Part shown: one piece after another, positions 22,426-36,450 of the stretch
Layout of the letters: each line of letters begins with the position of its first letter
Numbering within the stretch: the first letter of the stretch is position 1
Assembly: GCA_030265395.1 (NCBI GenBank)
Contig: JARFYF010000050.1
Span: 20,315,594 to 20,379,593 of the forward strand
DNA from: Rhina ancylostomus
Taxonomy: Eukaryota
Direction of reading: 5' to 3'
DNA: 64,000 bases
The notes under the pieces: generated by a model
Seen by the model: the letters and a program-made list of their open reading frames with translations, nothing else
Told to the model about the DNA's origin: nothing
Database searches by the model: none
Program-made: the position numbers and the translations under genes

Positions 22426-24807
22426 TACAAGTGTGACTCAGCTCAAGTGAAGCTCACTCAGGAATAATCTTAGATAATGAAACTTGTGGTTCAAACAATT
22501 ACAGCAAAAATTTGCGGTGGAATTAGTGTACAACAAACAAATGTGCCAGGGTCTTCATAGTTCACACCCAGATCCCACTTAACAAATACCGAGTTACTGA
22601 CCACAAGAAATATAAACATTTTCTTCTTACCTCAATTCCATACCACCTTACCCTTGTACATTTTTTTGTTTCAGAAATGCATTTAAATGGATCACAGTGA
22701 GAAAAGGGGTTTACAGTCCAGAAGTCGAAGACTATGATAAGCTCTGCAGTGAGTAATGGTAACAGCTTCATGGAGGACAAGCTAACACTGCTCTCTGGAA
22801 GGCAGTAATTCTCTGCCAACACGACATCCTGCCAGGGCCACCTACTGTTTCTTGTGGACCAGTTCACCTACACCAAAGAGGTACAACTTGCAAATGGGTC
22901 CTCACAGCCCAGAGCTGCTCGAGGTTGTACTCTAACGTCAGCAGTGGTCTTTCCCATTGCTACCAGCACAGAGTCAGCTTTGCAATAGAAGCGTTAGGGC
23001 AGGCTAAGGCAGTCGAGGAAGAGGCACAGGCAATCAGATGATTGGGGTTTGGAACCAGACAGACTGTTTTCTCCACTGCTGGTTTCTGATGAGAGGGGAA
23101 AAGGTACTTGGCTTGCTTTGTACAGAGGAATCAATGATCTCTCTTACTCAGTTGTGTTTGGTTAAAGCATGAAACATTGCTCTGGCTGTGTCCTGAAAGG
23201 AACTATGAAACTTCGCACTGCACTTCCTGGGATATCTGCAACTGATAATAAGCAGCACCAAATACTTAGAGTTTCAGCAACAACTAAAAGAAATTAGCTT
23301 ATATCAAGATGTGGATGGTCCCTTTAAATAGTACTGACATGAAGTCTATCATGCTACTCAATGTGTGTTCATGCAAGAATAACAGAGGGGGTTAGGTTGA
23401 ATATCACACTTCAAAATGGCATTGAAGGCATCAAACCAGTGTTCCACACTAGTAGAAATCATAATCTTCCTATTCTGTGCGCATCTACTTCAGAGTGAAC
23501 ATCAATACCCTCACCAAATGTGTCATCCAGCAAGATTTGAGTCATAAATGCATGTACATTATGCATGTGCACAGTTGATGCCTTTTTGGTACTAAGAATG
23601 CACCTGTGGAACACAAACAACATACACTACTGATCCAAATTCCGCACCCTTCATGTGTCGAAGGGATGAGCTTTGATGGCCCTTTACTCACCATCTCCCC
23701 AAACATTCCAATACTCTCAACACAAGCTGACAGAATAGCAGTGTTGAAGTCAAACAGATTGCGATATGAAATATACATCTGAAGTTCAGCTATTGGCAGT
23801 ATTTGCGCAGACCATAATTGCTTTAACAAAAATTTAATACCTTTGAGTAATGAAAATCAGGATTATTCACATTTTGAAAAGGCTCAAAAATTAAGCCTAC
23901 CAACCATCAAAATTTAAAAATCTCTGAAACAACTGGAATAAAGAAGTAATACCAACACAACTTTCCCAACCACCAGTCTATTGGAAAGATAGATATAACC
24001 CACATTATCAGTGAAACATGATGATGCCCATCCTCTCTGAACATTATGCAACTCAACAAAATATATTACAAAACTTTCAAAATTCACAAATTACAGCATC
24101 CAATATTGTTACATTATTAATTATACTTACTCCCCATATTGTGAGCAGCAGCTTTATGTTCAAAATGATTTTTGCTAAAGTCTTGTCAAAGTGTCTAAAA
24201 TTTGTCAAAAGTCAAGCTGTCTGACATCAAGAAAGACCAGAACATATTTTTTTAAATGTTGTTTTATTCATGTGTATGGAGAACTTTTTTTGGGGAGAGA
24301 AGTGAAATATTCATCTGCCTTTGTTGCTGTGGTTGCAATAGCTGTTTCCTTGCCAACTAAGCTTGTAGGGAGTGCGAAAAAAAATGCAATGCACATCAGG
24401 GCATTTTGACCTTCGATTCATCCGCACCATCATTTGTCAACTGAAGTGAATCAAAACTTGAAGCGCTTTAAATTAAAGTCTTTCCAAATATATCTAAAAT
24501 GGTGCAAGATGAATCTATGCTTACCTATATCCCTTAGCTTATTGATTTCTGAAATATTGAGGAAAAAGGAACACAAACAAGCAGGCCTCAGCTCAGTAAA
24601 CAATCTCGGAGGTGTTGCTAATTGTGCAGTGTTTACGAGTTCAAAAAGACCACAAGTGCACTGGGAACAGTAATTAGCAAGAAATTATTACAGGATGCTA
24701 TTGCTTCACCTTTAGAACTCATCTCTAGATCTACCTGCAAGTCTTTTCACATATTAATCTACCCAACAGATAAATACTAGTAAGTCCAAGGAATTTTTTT
24801 TCTTATT

Positions 24808-25500
24808 GGGGTAAATCTTCTGCTGCCCTTGGACTGTGATATTTCTTCCAGCATGATTCTGGTCTCCATCCTCTGCTGGGATGCTGGTTTCCAGTTCTTT
24901 GGCAACGCATGACATCTTCTGGCATTGGTGGCTAACTGTGCTGACAGAATGATCTTAGCAGCTGATAAGGCCCCACCCCTGGGCTCACCAGCTGTCAATC
25001 CTGCCACCTAAATTGAACATTTGTAGATGTCTTTGACAATGAACTAAAATTCAAAATCACACAGGACTCGTCAAAGAATTAGAAGTGTTAAAAGGTTCTT
25101 AGCTTTTTTAAAAAAAAATTAAAAAGGTTAAGAACACNNNNNNNTAAAAAGTTTAATAACACACTAGCACATGCATAAGGCTATGAAAATCTAATAATTT
25201 AAATCACTAAGCCCTTACTTCTCTCATTCATTTGAAATAAGCCCATGTACTTGCACCAGGATATCTTGGTGCAGGTTCAACAGCCAGATTCCCCAGGTGC
25301 AGAACTGGGAAATCTATGGATGTTTCTGCTGCTCTATTGGACTCCACAAGGAGTCCAGCAGGGCAGTACAGAAGTTTCATCGCCAACATTCAGCCAAACA
25401 GAGGGCTGTGCTATAGAATCTTCTTGCAACTTGCCTATCTTTTGGGCATATCTGCTGGAAAATCAGTGTTGATTGCAGTGGAAGAAATCTCACCACCACC
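24808..25500. mobile_element. Probable old non-autonomous DNA element with internal hairpins
   Basis: GC-richer arms flanking an AT-rich core, weak terminal ggggtaaatctt / gaaatctcacc, three tandem hairpins at 25249-25357; no TSD seen. Confidence 0.3.
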
Positions 25501-28500
25501 CCTCCCCTCCCATGGTGTAGAACTTCCTAGACAAGTGCATCTATAGCACTGAATTTGATTTACACTACATTAGCACCAAGAAATTATGGCATACTTATAA
25601 AATGCTACAACTTATTTGCATTATTATTTACGGAGACCTTTGCATCTCTCTCTATTAATACCCTTGCTGAAACCATGTAAAATGCATTAGTAAGATTTGA
25701 GCATAAATTCTGAACATAATTAGACCAGGATTACTAGCCCAGCAACATATCCGCTACATAAGCTTTCAAGGCTGGAGACAGAGATACAGCAATAAGAAAC
25801 CATCTTATAACCACCACTCTCTTCTTGCACAAGTAGCAGAGCCTCGCAATTTCTACTCTTATCATTTAAAGATATTTTATCCATCTTTCAGCAATATATT
25901 TCAAGTGGTTAATATTTCAGAAGTTCATTGCACTTTTGATAATATCAAGTTAATGTGTGCACATTCATAATGTAGTCAACATTTATCTAATTACCAACCA
26001 GCTACAAAAAAAATTATGCTTATCCTTTGTTGCCCTCCTTGATGTGGTCTAATGTCTTACCTTGCTTTTGAAGCATTTCTTTCTGTAACATAACCAGAAG
26101 AAAAACCTCAATTTCTTTCCACTTTTAAAGAAAATTTTACTCAATCATGTCATTAAACTTAGCGCATTATATTGCAGACTTTATTATAGAAATGGGCTTA
26201 CACTATAATGACAATATCAGCCTAGATACAACCAATGTAAGGAAGCTGGACTGTTTCACTTTTCTATTTGAATGCAATTTTTACTTCTCAAGCAATAATC
26301 AGAAGAGAAATCTTAAAAAGCTCTCTTGTTGAGATCAAATTTTAGGTTTTATTAAAATGGTACAGTGAACGACATTCATTGCCTTAGCTATTATAGGGAA
26401 TTGCCCATCTCTCTGTACAACCATCTCCGCATTCTGCTATAGTTATTGGATTTTCTTTCTGTGAAAACAGCCTTCCACTGCAGACACAAATGGCAAAGAG
26501 CAAAAGGTTAAAAGTTGCTGTCAATCAGCAGGAGTGTGGCTGCAGTGCAGGGAGCTCCCTGAGCAGTGCACCTGCAGTGCAACTCCCTGGGCAGCACAGA
26601 TCTCGGAGATGTAGTGAAGACCTGACATTGTAGCACAGCATGATTGGTTGAGTTGACATGGATTGACCCTTCATTTATAGGTTAGCATCGGAAAGGAGTT
26701 TAAGTATTAAATTAGCTTACTATCGTACCTGCTTATAATAAAAATCAGGATTCTTCACTGAATCCATTAAAAGACTTTGGCTTTGTGTCCTTTACAGCAA
26801 GGTGAAATTTAGATGCAATTGTTTATTTACCAAAGTGAATACTTTCCTTGGAGACTCTGCACATCTTTTACATTTAAGTAGAAAAGCAAAAGAAGAAGGG
26901 CTAAATCAGAGTAATTTCCAGGCAAGTCATCTGTTTATCAGCTTTTGAAGTTTATTCAGAGTATTTCATTTTAAATTACTTATCAACTAGCATTTAACAC
27001 ATCTGAAGTCAACTCATACACTCAGTTAACCTGAAACTGAGAATCTGCAATGCATAGAGATGCTTCCTACATACTAATCTTTAAAAAGGATTTGCAAGTT
27101 ATTTCCAACCCAGTCAATGACATCAGACAAATTAGCTACACAAAAAGTGGACAAAATGAGATCAGTTTTTGATGGAATCATGCACTCAAAATGTGTGAAG
27201 TACCTGATTCACTAGAATTGGACACACCCTCCATATCTATAAACAGTCCGAGCTAAACAGCCAATAAGATTGGAAGTTCTGCTTGAGCAACAAAGCAGGA
27301 AATTAAAAGCATGTTTTATAATTCACATTTTAATCATTTCTATAGAAACCAACATAGAACACAGACATATGATTATGGTTGGTGATGAACTATCATAAGC
27401 CAACCAAAATAGTTAAATTAAAATCATGTAGAAGAACTTATTAAAATTACACATCTGAAACCCAACATTTGTTGAATNNNNNNNNNNNNNNNNNNNNNNN
27501 NNNNNNNNNNNNNNNNNNATGGGAGCCCACTTCCCCATCATTAGAGGTTAACAATTTCAATACTGAACTATTGTGAGCACAGAGCATGAAGTAGTTCTCA
27601 TCAAATCACTTCTCCCATGCGATTCCATATGCAAACACTGCAACTGTACACTTTGTGAAGAATCAGAGGATTGCTGAATTTTCACATTTAACTGTATGTG
27701 TGCATATCAGAAGTTGCTGCCTATTTACAGTGTCAATGGAGAAAACTGACAACTTCATTATCATTACAATCACAAATCCCAAACCAATATTGTATTGTTT
27801 AGTTCTAACTAATATCCATTTTACTGCATTACAAAAACAACAGTTTTGTAAAATAAATGATTGTTAAATGTTTCTTTCCCCCATTTGGTAAACAAACACA
27901 AAACTGATATAAATCATGGCGATGGCTATTACTGTATCACCATTACATGACATTATTATCAAAGTGACTCATGACTTTTCTCCCTTCAAACAAGATTACA
28001 GTATTTTATCATGAAGTTGATGTCACTTCCATAAAACTACACCAATAAGGGAGATTACAGAGCAGTTTTCTATTCTGAAATAACAAGACTGAATCACATA
28101 ACTGCAATCTATTGATTAAACAAGAGTGTTTGCATGCTGTAAGCCACCATATGGCAGTTATGGTCCAAGCAGCAGATATATTGCAGGTTTAAAAGTTATT
28201 TCATCAACTGCAGATTTAAAACCCATTAAACCTACTGTGTATGCATTGCTACAAACATCATTTTTAGTATATTCTGCAGACAGAGGTTGGCTTCCAAATG
28301 GATTCTAATATTTCACCCTGATATTCCACTGAGAGTACCTTTCCCTATCTCATCAATTTACCCCTAAAGCCTGGAAGACAAATTTCCAGTTTCGGTACAC
28401 CACAGCCAGTCATCGAGTGGATCTCTCGTGTTTTTAAACTGCTGAGAGGTGCAGATCTCCCTTGACATGCATCTGAAGAGTTGTACAGTGAAGTTTACAG

Positions 28501-31500
28501 ATTGAGACAGCATGAAAAAAAATGGGGCAGGTGTTACAGAAAGGCCAACAATCAGAGGTTGCAGTAGAAAGGGAGAGCCACGTGCTAGTAATTCACAAAC
28601 TCGAGGCTTTTGTTTGGGGTGGGAGAGGGGTTGATTTTTCTTTAAGGGACTTCTGCAATCTCTTTTTTATCTGCTCATTACTTATACAGAGCATCACAGG
28701 AGGCCACTTTCACACTACTTGTGTACTAAAATGGTCCTTAGCACTCTTGAGGCCCTAATATCACACAAAGGGTGACCTTGACCAGAAACAGGCAGCTCCT
28801 TCAGACAAACTAATTTTGGCTGATGTAGGGCAGAGGCCTTGTCCCCAGAATGCCTCTGACAGGCTTTGACAAGAGGCAAACCTGGAACCAGGAGGCTTTT
28901 TAAACAGCTTTTAAACACCTGCAAAATTAAAAGATATTTCAAAACTAATAAAGTTAATGCACAGCTTAAATTTGAAAAAAGTAAAAACATTAACATCCTT
29001 ATAAATCATAAAATAAAACCAAAGACAAGTAAAATTATAGAAAAATAAATCAGCTTTTCTCTTCCACAAATCAAGAATCCCTGGTGAAATGAATGGAATC
29101 TGATTCCTGGCCAAATCAGAGTTGCAGGTTGAGAAAGACAACTCTGCACCTTAACACTAGCAAATCCCATCAAGGTCAGCCTCTACTGCTGGGATCTATG
29201 AAGAGTCCAGCGAGTCAGTTTAATGATGGATACAGCTGCAGGTTTGCACACATCTGGGAGTTTCATCCATCTGAACAGCTGAATGCCAGCAGTTCCCTTC
29301 AGCTGCAGTTAGGAAGAAACACTTATAAAAGGCGGAAGGTCCAGTCACAAAACAATTGAACAGATTGTATTTTTCCATTATAAGCTGTCATATCACACCA
29401 ACATAATGAATTTATAACACATTGTTTGTGAGGCATATCCTTTTGTGTCAAGACTTATTATCTTTAATTATCATAATTAAATCTTTTGTTTTACTTTCCT
29501 GAAGAAGTCATCTTTTACCAAACTATTTAAAAATTTATAGAAACAGAAATTTGAAGTTGAACTTCGGTTTCACAGATTTTATAGTCTGTACCAAAAATAT
29601 TAGGGATAATTTTAATCCAGCCTTGGGGGACTTGAATGTACAGGCATCCTTTACTGATCTTATTTTCCATCAAGGTCAACCTAGGGGAAATTGAGCAAGG
29701 AGAAAGAATGGCATTCCACCATATCCACGAGTTTCTCAAAGGATTAGGTTAAAATTAACCACATCCCAACCACAGTGTGGTTTATCTGCTTGTTTGTTTA
29801 AAGTAGGATGTAAATCGCAGTATTACCTATTGTATGGGTTAACCTAACATTTTAGGCTATTTAATGCTATTGACATGGCTGTGAACTTGATTTAAATGTC
29901 TATGGAGGGCAATATTCATCTCTGCTTAATTATGTCATATTACAGATACTGAAAAAGAAACACGTTGACTTGTAATGTCTGAACAAACATTGTATGACAA
30001 ACTAAGATAAAGTCAAGTGAATCCTTTTAAAAAAACTTCAGAAATATTTGGACAAATGCACTTGTTTTTGCCCAATTATAGCCCTTAGTGTAAATCTTAG
30101 AATTTTGAATTGATAATGAACCTTACTTTAAATCAGAAAGATCAAAATTAATCCACTTTTTCAATTTCATTTTTGTTCCAGATATTGAATACCGAGTTTT
30201 TTTGATCACCCATAACCTGACAAAATTAGCACCAATGGACATTGCTCTTCCATGCAGGTTGCAAATGAAAGCAAGTGGCCAAGACAACAGTATTGAAAAT
30301 CAGAAAACTCAAGCTTTGAATGTGCATTTGGGTGAAATTGCAATTACATTTTGCTTATTCTGACATGATTTTTAATACCAGTGGAAATACTATTAAATTT
30401 ACTATCTGTCAAACTGCCTCAGTCACCATTCCACGAGGGCAAAGATAGAGGTGACCTTGACTTGCAGTGAATATTTCTCAACTAAAAATTTAGGGCATCC
30501 TCCATTTGAGTGTCACCCTAATTTCTGAGACTAATGCAATGCAGGTATAATCTTGTGTGATAATCCAATTGAAGTTGATGTATTTTTTCCTCAGAGTTGC
30601 TAAATTTTCTCATGTTAAACTGTGAGTAAACTGGGGTTAAACTCTCCTTTTGCTGCTTTACAATTTTCCTGCCAACATTTTCTCTATTCCCATATTAAAG
30701 ACAACCACTGACAGGCTTCTTAATTCCATCCCCACCCCCCCTTTCCCAAATGAGTGCTGTGTTCCAGGCTGAAAAAAAATTCTGCATAGATTGCTGGCCC
30801 ATCCCAGGACCTTGCTGATTTCAGTATGACCCTGGGTGAAGTGTCAATCAACTGAGCTGCACTTAATCCTTCTAAGCTCCCTTTTTATTTGATGTCCTTT
30901 TGTGTTTCCATAAATTTAAATATTGTGGCAGTAACTCATTTTCAGTCTATAGTCTGGATTTTCTGATCAATGCCATTTTAACATGCAAAGTAACCAGCAA
31001 AATAAATAAATGAATAAATAAGTGCATTTTGCTGCACTTTTCACTAAATCAGGATGTGCCACAGATTTTCATGCCTAACTTATTGCTGCTTAAGTGCAGT
31101 CATTATTGTTCTCTTTTAAGTTGGGTTACTGGTACAATTCAAAAATAAATCACCTTTGGTATGAAATTTACATTGCCCATCTGGACTTTTTTTTAAACTC
31201 TTCATCTACTTCCTTGTACTGGTTTGTTAAGTTCCATTGTCTTCATATTCTACTGCTTGCTCCCTGCCTATTTATTACAGACACCCATTTCCAGCTGACC
31301 CTGCTGTCCTTGTAATGTTACAAACTCAGTTGCTGTGTGCATGCCTCACCACCACCTCTTGCACCCCCCACCAGCTCCCTGCTTCGAGTTTGCAAAGAAA
31401 ATATGTACATACCACTTTAATGAATTCACTCCGAGCAGTCAGAGAGGCAGGTAGGTCAGAATATGTGGTGCCAAACTACTGAATTTTGAAATCTACACTT

Positions 31501-34500
31501 CAGACAGCGTTAATTGATGTTAAGCTTTAGATCCCAGCTTCAAATAAAACTGGAAGAAAGATAACAAAGCAAAACCAAATATCCAGAAACAAATAATTAC
31601 ATTTCAATTAGGAAGCACACATATGTTGAGTAAATACTAAAACATTAGATTGATATTGTGTATTAGTTCCCCATTACTGTGTTCTATGTCACAAGTTCCA
31701 TGTAAACGTAGTACTGAGGTGTTGCAGATCCAAACAAAAAAGATTTTTGTTTGAAAACGCTTTTTTCTCATTTTGTGCTCAATATTCCAAAAAAAAATCA
31801 GACATATTAATAGCAAGGATGTGAATCACGGGACTATAATCTTCAGTAATACCTTCATAAAAGGTTACAGCACCCTGCTGAGAGTTATCTAATCCAACTA
31901 ACAGCACTCCATGTCCAGTTTAACTTCAGTAGACTCACGATGGCAGGGCTTTTAGCAGCTCTGTTTTCTTCCAAAAGCAAAATAAAAGCAGGTCATGATG
32001 TATGGAAGAGATACAAAGGAACACATTAAGTGCTATCTTCCAATCACTGGCTTCAGATGACATTCACAAATGACTGGAGCTACATTCTTCACACAGTTTG
32101 TGAACCCTTGTTGCTTATTCACTCACAAACATTCCTTACTTTCTTTGTTATGAAGTCAAAATTGAGCCAAATCGACTTTCATTTTTGAGTAGGAATGTGT
32201 CAGTTTTTAAATATAACCTATTTCAAGAATAACTTCCCCATCAATAGCAAAGATATTTTTTGTTGCACCTTGATTTGTGGCATCAGTATTTAGAATGTGG
32301 ATTTTGAGACTCAATTGCTTACAATCCACAATTTGCAAAAGGAAACTCAGCTTTGCAATGACTCCATTTTAAATCTAATGTTTCACCATTAAATTGAAGA
32401 ATTCTTCTTCCAATAAAAAAAGTCACAAAAATACAACTCAAAAATAAACTTCAGTGCCAATAAAATATTAGCAGCTTCAAATAAAATCAGTGAGGTAAGC
32501 CATCAGGAGAATGTAAAAGAAATGTTCTGGAGGTACTTTTCATATTGTCTGTCTTCGACTTTAGAGTTCGGAATTAAGGTTATTTCAGTAAATATGTTGC
32601 TCCAATTCAGACATTCAGAGGGCTAACTTGGTTTTGTGGGAATTCTCCTTTCATAAGCCATGTTTCATTTCCACATTCCTGCCGCCACAGACCACAGAGT
32701 GCACAGCAAAGTTGTGTATCAGCTGTCATGAAGCATTGCATGGGAGGTCATTCGAATCAAAACCACTGTCTTTCATCTGACAGTTCAAGCCTTCCCACAC
32801 TTTGCTCAAAGTATAAAATCTCTTTGCCTATAATCTCTTCTAACAAATTTTAGCTGCCCCCCTGGGAACTGACTAATTCCTGACTTTTAGAAGGACCTTT
32901 ATTGATCTGTATCTTATTATCCAATTCTCCTTGGATTAATAAATCAATGATTTTTTTCCTTCCCCCCCCCCCCTCCACTCCAGTCATAGAATGGTTTGGT
33001 AGCTAAATAAAGGGAAGGAGCCAGTTGCACTTAAACATTCAATGGTCATGAAAACATATGATGAAAGAAACAATTCAACATTATACTCTGAACGGCTGTC
33101 TGTGTCAGGTCAGCAAGATTTTCAAATAACGATTGAACTATGTAGATTGGCTCACTGTACACTGAATTTCAATTGTATCTTTAATAATGTCTGAATGTGT
33201 AATGTTCATGAATGATTTCCATGTCTAGCAATATTGTTGATTTCTTCCTATCTCATATTATCAATAAAATATTAAACATCCTGTGTTGTTTTGACCAACT
33301 TCCAGAATCAGGAGACACAAGAGACTGCAGATGTTCTGCAGTTCCAGAATTAAGATATCAATTATTAGATTCTAATGTGTGAAATAACCCAAGTGGTATT
33401 TAATTGTTGACATTTGACACTGATCAGCAGTTTAACTGAGCAGTAGCTGAACAAAGGCATTTCTCAACTTAAATCAATCACTGAGTAATTTGATTGGTTT
33501 CTAGTCATTTTGAGTTGGACTGGAAGTGCATTTCTTCATCATAATTCACATATTCATAATGACCTGAGAAAAAAAAAGATGATTACAATAGTTGGTTAGT
33601 TTTACAGAAAAGTAAGAAGAGCAGAGATATCTGTAAAACTATATCTGGCCTTCAATTATATATCAGATTTTCTTCAAATTATGGTGTAAAGCCAATTTTC
33701 TAATGAGATGTTAAGGCCCAAACTTTATATCTGCATGGGTTTGGTGAATAAGTAGTTTGAAACTGCCCCCCACCCCCCCACAAATCACAAGCCCATTAAT
33801 ATAGATCCTATATCAGCTGAATTCTCAATTGGAATGGCAAGGCAGCTGGATTCAATGGAGAGAGGAAAAAAAGAAAATCACATAGCTGATGGAATCACTG
33901 GGACACAACAAACACATATAAGGAGGGGCTTCATCAGCTCTGAGAATGCGTTCTTGCTGCCCACATCCCTCTGTGTACATTCTTATTTCTCTATAGCAGG
34001 CAAATACAAATACAGAACCTTAGCAAGCCAGGCAACATTCTGGCTGGTAAATAACCTAGGTAATTTTAATTGCCCATCTCATCTGATTTTCACTGAGTTT
34101 TATCTTTTGAATGTTCATTAACAGATTTAAATTGTTAATGAAGCATGTAGAAAAGTAGAATTTTTCTTCCCAGGTTTATTTTTGTTCAAATTTGTAACGA
34201 TTGGAAGACTTTGCTTTCTTGACTTGCCATTTACAAGGATGTATTGTGGAATTAGATTAGATAACATAGTGAGTTTAATCGATGGTTTGTACATAAAAGA
34301 TTCTGACCCCATGTCAGATCAGCCAATAATAAATGTAAACAGCATACCCTAATAGATCTTTCTGAATCAATTTACCAGTCAGCTTTTATTCAAAAAGTTA
34401 AGTGACTTTGCTTTCATGGAAATGGAAGGAGCCAAATTTGATAGCCTATGAAAATAGGCACAAGAATCACCATGTGTGATTAACCAGCTACTTTGCAGTA

Positions 34501-34859
34501 CAATGCAGGCAACACTAACATTGTGCTGCTTGATAATTATAATGATTATAGCATCTAATTGCACTGTTCATTGCCTGAATATTCCAGCAGAGAGTCAATA
34601 TGATGACTGGCTGGCACCAGGTAATGCTAGCCTACACTACTTAAAGGAATTGCCAATGACCAGTGCACATTGATGAAAGAGCCAGCACAATGGAGGATNN
34701 NNNNNNNNNNNNNNNNNNNNNNNNNNNNNNNNNNNNNNNNNNNNNNNNNNNNNNNNNNNNNNNCTTAGTTCAAATGGGAATTCTGCCAGAATATCCAATG
34801 TTTATTCGGAAAGATCATAGAGAGCACTGGATCCTACTAGTCACAAGACTTTACATAGA

Positions 34860-35330
34860 TCCGGGAGCCCAGCCCTTCCAGTGTGGAGCAGATAGTCAAT
34901 TCCACTTATAAAGCCAACCATGATGCAGCTTGGCACAGGGAATGTCAGAGCTTTCATTGCAGCACACGCAGCAACTATCTAACATCTGCCAGCTCCAGTG
35001 GAAACTCAGACTGATGCTGTTGTGGCTGTTAATTGCAATATGCACAGGAATTTGCCATGTGTTACAGTAGTGCAGCAAGCCATCCTCCAACTGATCATTC
35101 AAATTGCCAGGACATCATCCAAGGGACGAAGGCTGTGACTCTGTGGCACTGCACGTCAAAGGCACACCCTTGATGACCCATGTCAGGAAGCCACTCCATT
35201 CAGTTGTTGCTCACATTCTGGTCCTTTAAGCCCAGAACTGCTTGAGATCATTGCTTCTATTGGAAACCAGCATACTTGTACCCATCCTGTCGCAGCCACG
35301 AAGGCAGCACTTCAGGAGAGTAGTAGGAAT
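34860..35330 (+). mobile_element. Probable Harbinger ORF2 C-terminal remnant
   Basis: FIAAHAATI*HLPAPVETQTDAVVAV..VTVVQQAILQLI, Ala/Gln-rich, convergent with the transposase at 35600-36450; assignment from recall and position. Confidence 0.4.
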
Positions 35331-35599
35331 TGGAAAACCAGGCACTAAGGAGATACAAAATGCTGCAAGTTAATTTTTGTAATATTATGTGATAACTTTA
35401 GCTACAAATTTTGTTTAAATGCATAATTCATTAGGACTTTTATTTTTGGATTGTAATCAGCTAGAAAGCTTGAATGTCAGTGACAGATGGGAAGATGCAT
35501 GCATGGGAGATATTGGTGAGCGAGGAATTAAGACACACACTTGGATAAGTTTATTCCTGGAGAGTCTATGAGCAAGTGGTTACCTTCTCCCATCCTTCA

Positions 35600-36450
35600 C
35601 CTCTTCACAGCCACCATGTAACTGGGTGCAAAAACTGTATCTCAATATGGCAAACTTGTGGACCATGCAGCAGACCTCTGAGTATTGGCATGTACTGTGC
35701 TCTATAAATGCAAAGACCTGTGGAAAAGCCCTGACAGACGAACAGTCAGCACACCAATGAACTGCTCTATCATACTTTGTGTCACAGCAAGGAATCGACT
35801 CTACACCTACTGTATGTGTTTGGGTTGTGCACACTGGATTTATGAAGTGTATGGTAAGTGGATAGCCTATAATCATCCAGCAACTGCTTTTCTGCAGTGA
35901 CTCAAATGCAACTGGTACAGTGGCCTGCTGTAAAATGCCATCAGGACTGCAGACAGGTTATCAAGCATCAACCTATTCATTGTCCATGTTCTGGTGCTGT
36001 TAGAGGCCATAGTTGACATGCAGTATCTGCATAGTGGGGTGCATGCAATCAGTGACAGCCTTCTCCATGAGGAAGTCTCCAATTCTTACAAAGCATCAGT
36101 AAACTGGGAAAAGAATGAAACGTTAGTTCTCTTTGAACAGAGAGTGTTGATGACCTCTCCGATACAACTGTGGGTGGCAAATTGCAAGTTGTTGTAAATA
36201 TTTCCAGTTCTAGCTTGAAAGCAGCCAGACATATAAATGATCACTCCCACAGTCACCCTGGCGACCACTTACAATGCGGCCACAGTTGTGGCTGCTGCAA
36301 GTGGAAGATTTAAGTGAGGATATCATCACAGAAGTGCGAACATCTCTCTCAGGTTTTTCTGGTCAAAGCTCAGACAGGAGAAATGCTTGCTTAATATCCT
36401 GGGTGGATGCAGCCTCTTGCTGAGAGCCTTCTTCTCCTTCCTTCTACCAA
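35600..36450 (-). mobile_element. Harbinger/PIF (HARBI1-like) transposase pseudogene
   Basis: Collinear: RRALSKRLHPPRI..HFS; IFHLQQPQL; VARVTVGVIIYMSGCFQARTGNI...QFATHSCIGEVINTL; ILQQATVP..FE; WMIIGYPL..FINPV; CCMVHKFA; many stops and frameshifts. Confidence 0.8.

Noticed and set aside
22877-22933. Hairpin agaggtacaactt/aggttgtactct as a pre-miRNA
   Set aside because: Upper stem is poorly paired and matches no known mature sequence.
23692-23840. Open minus-strand exon-like segment ending atg|gtgagt (IKFLLKQLWSAQ...GMFGEM)
   Set aside because: Weak acceptor and no recognisable protein similarity.
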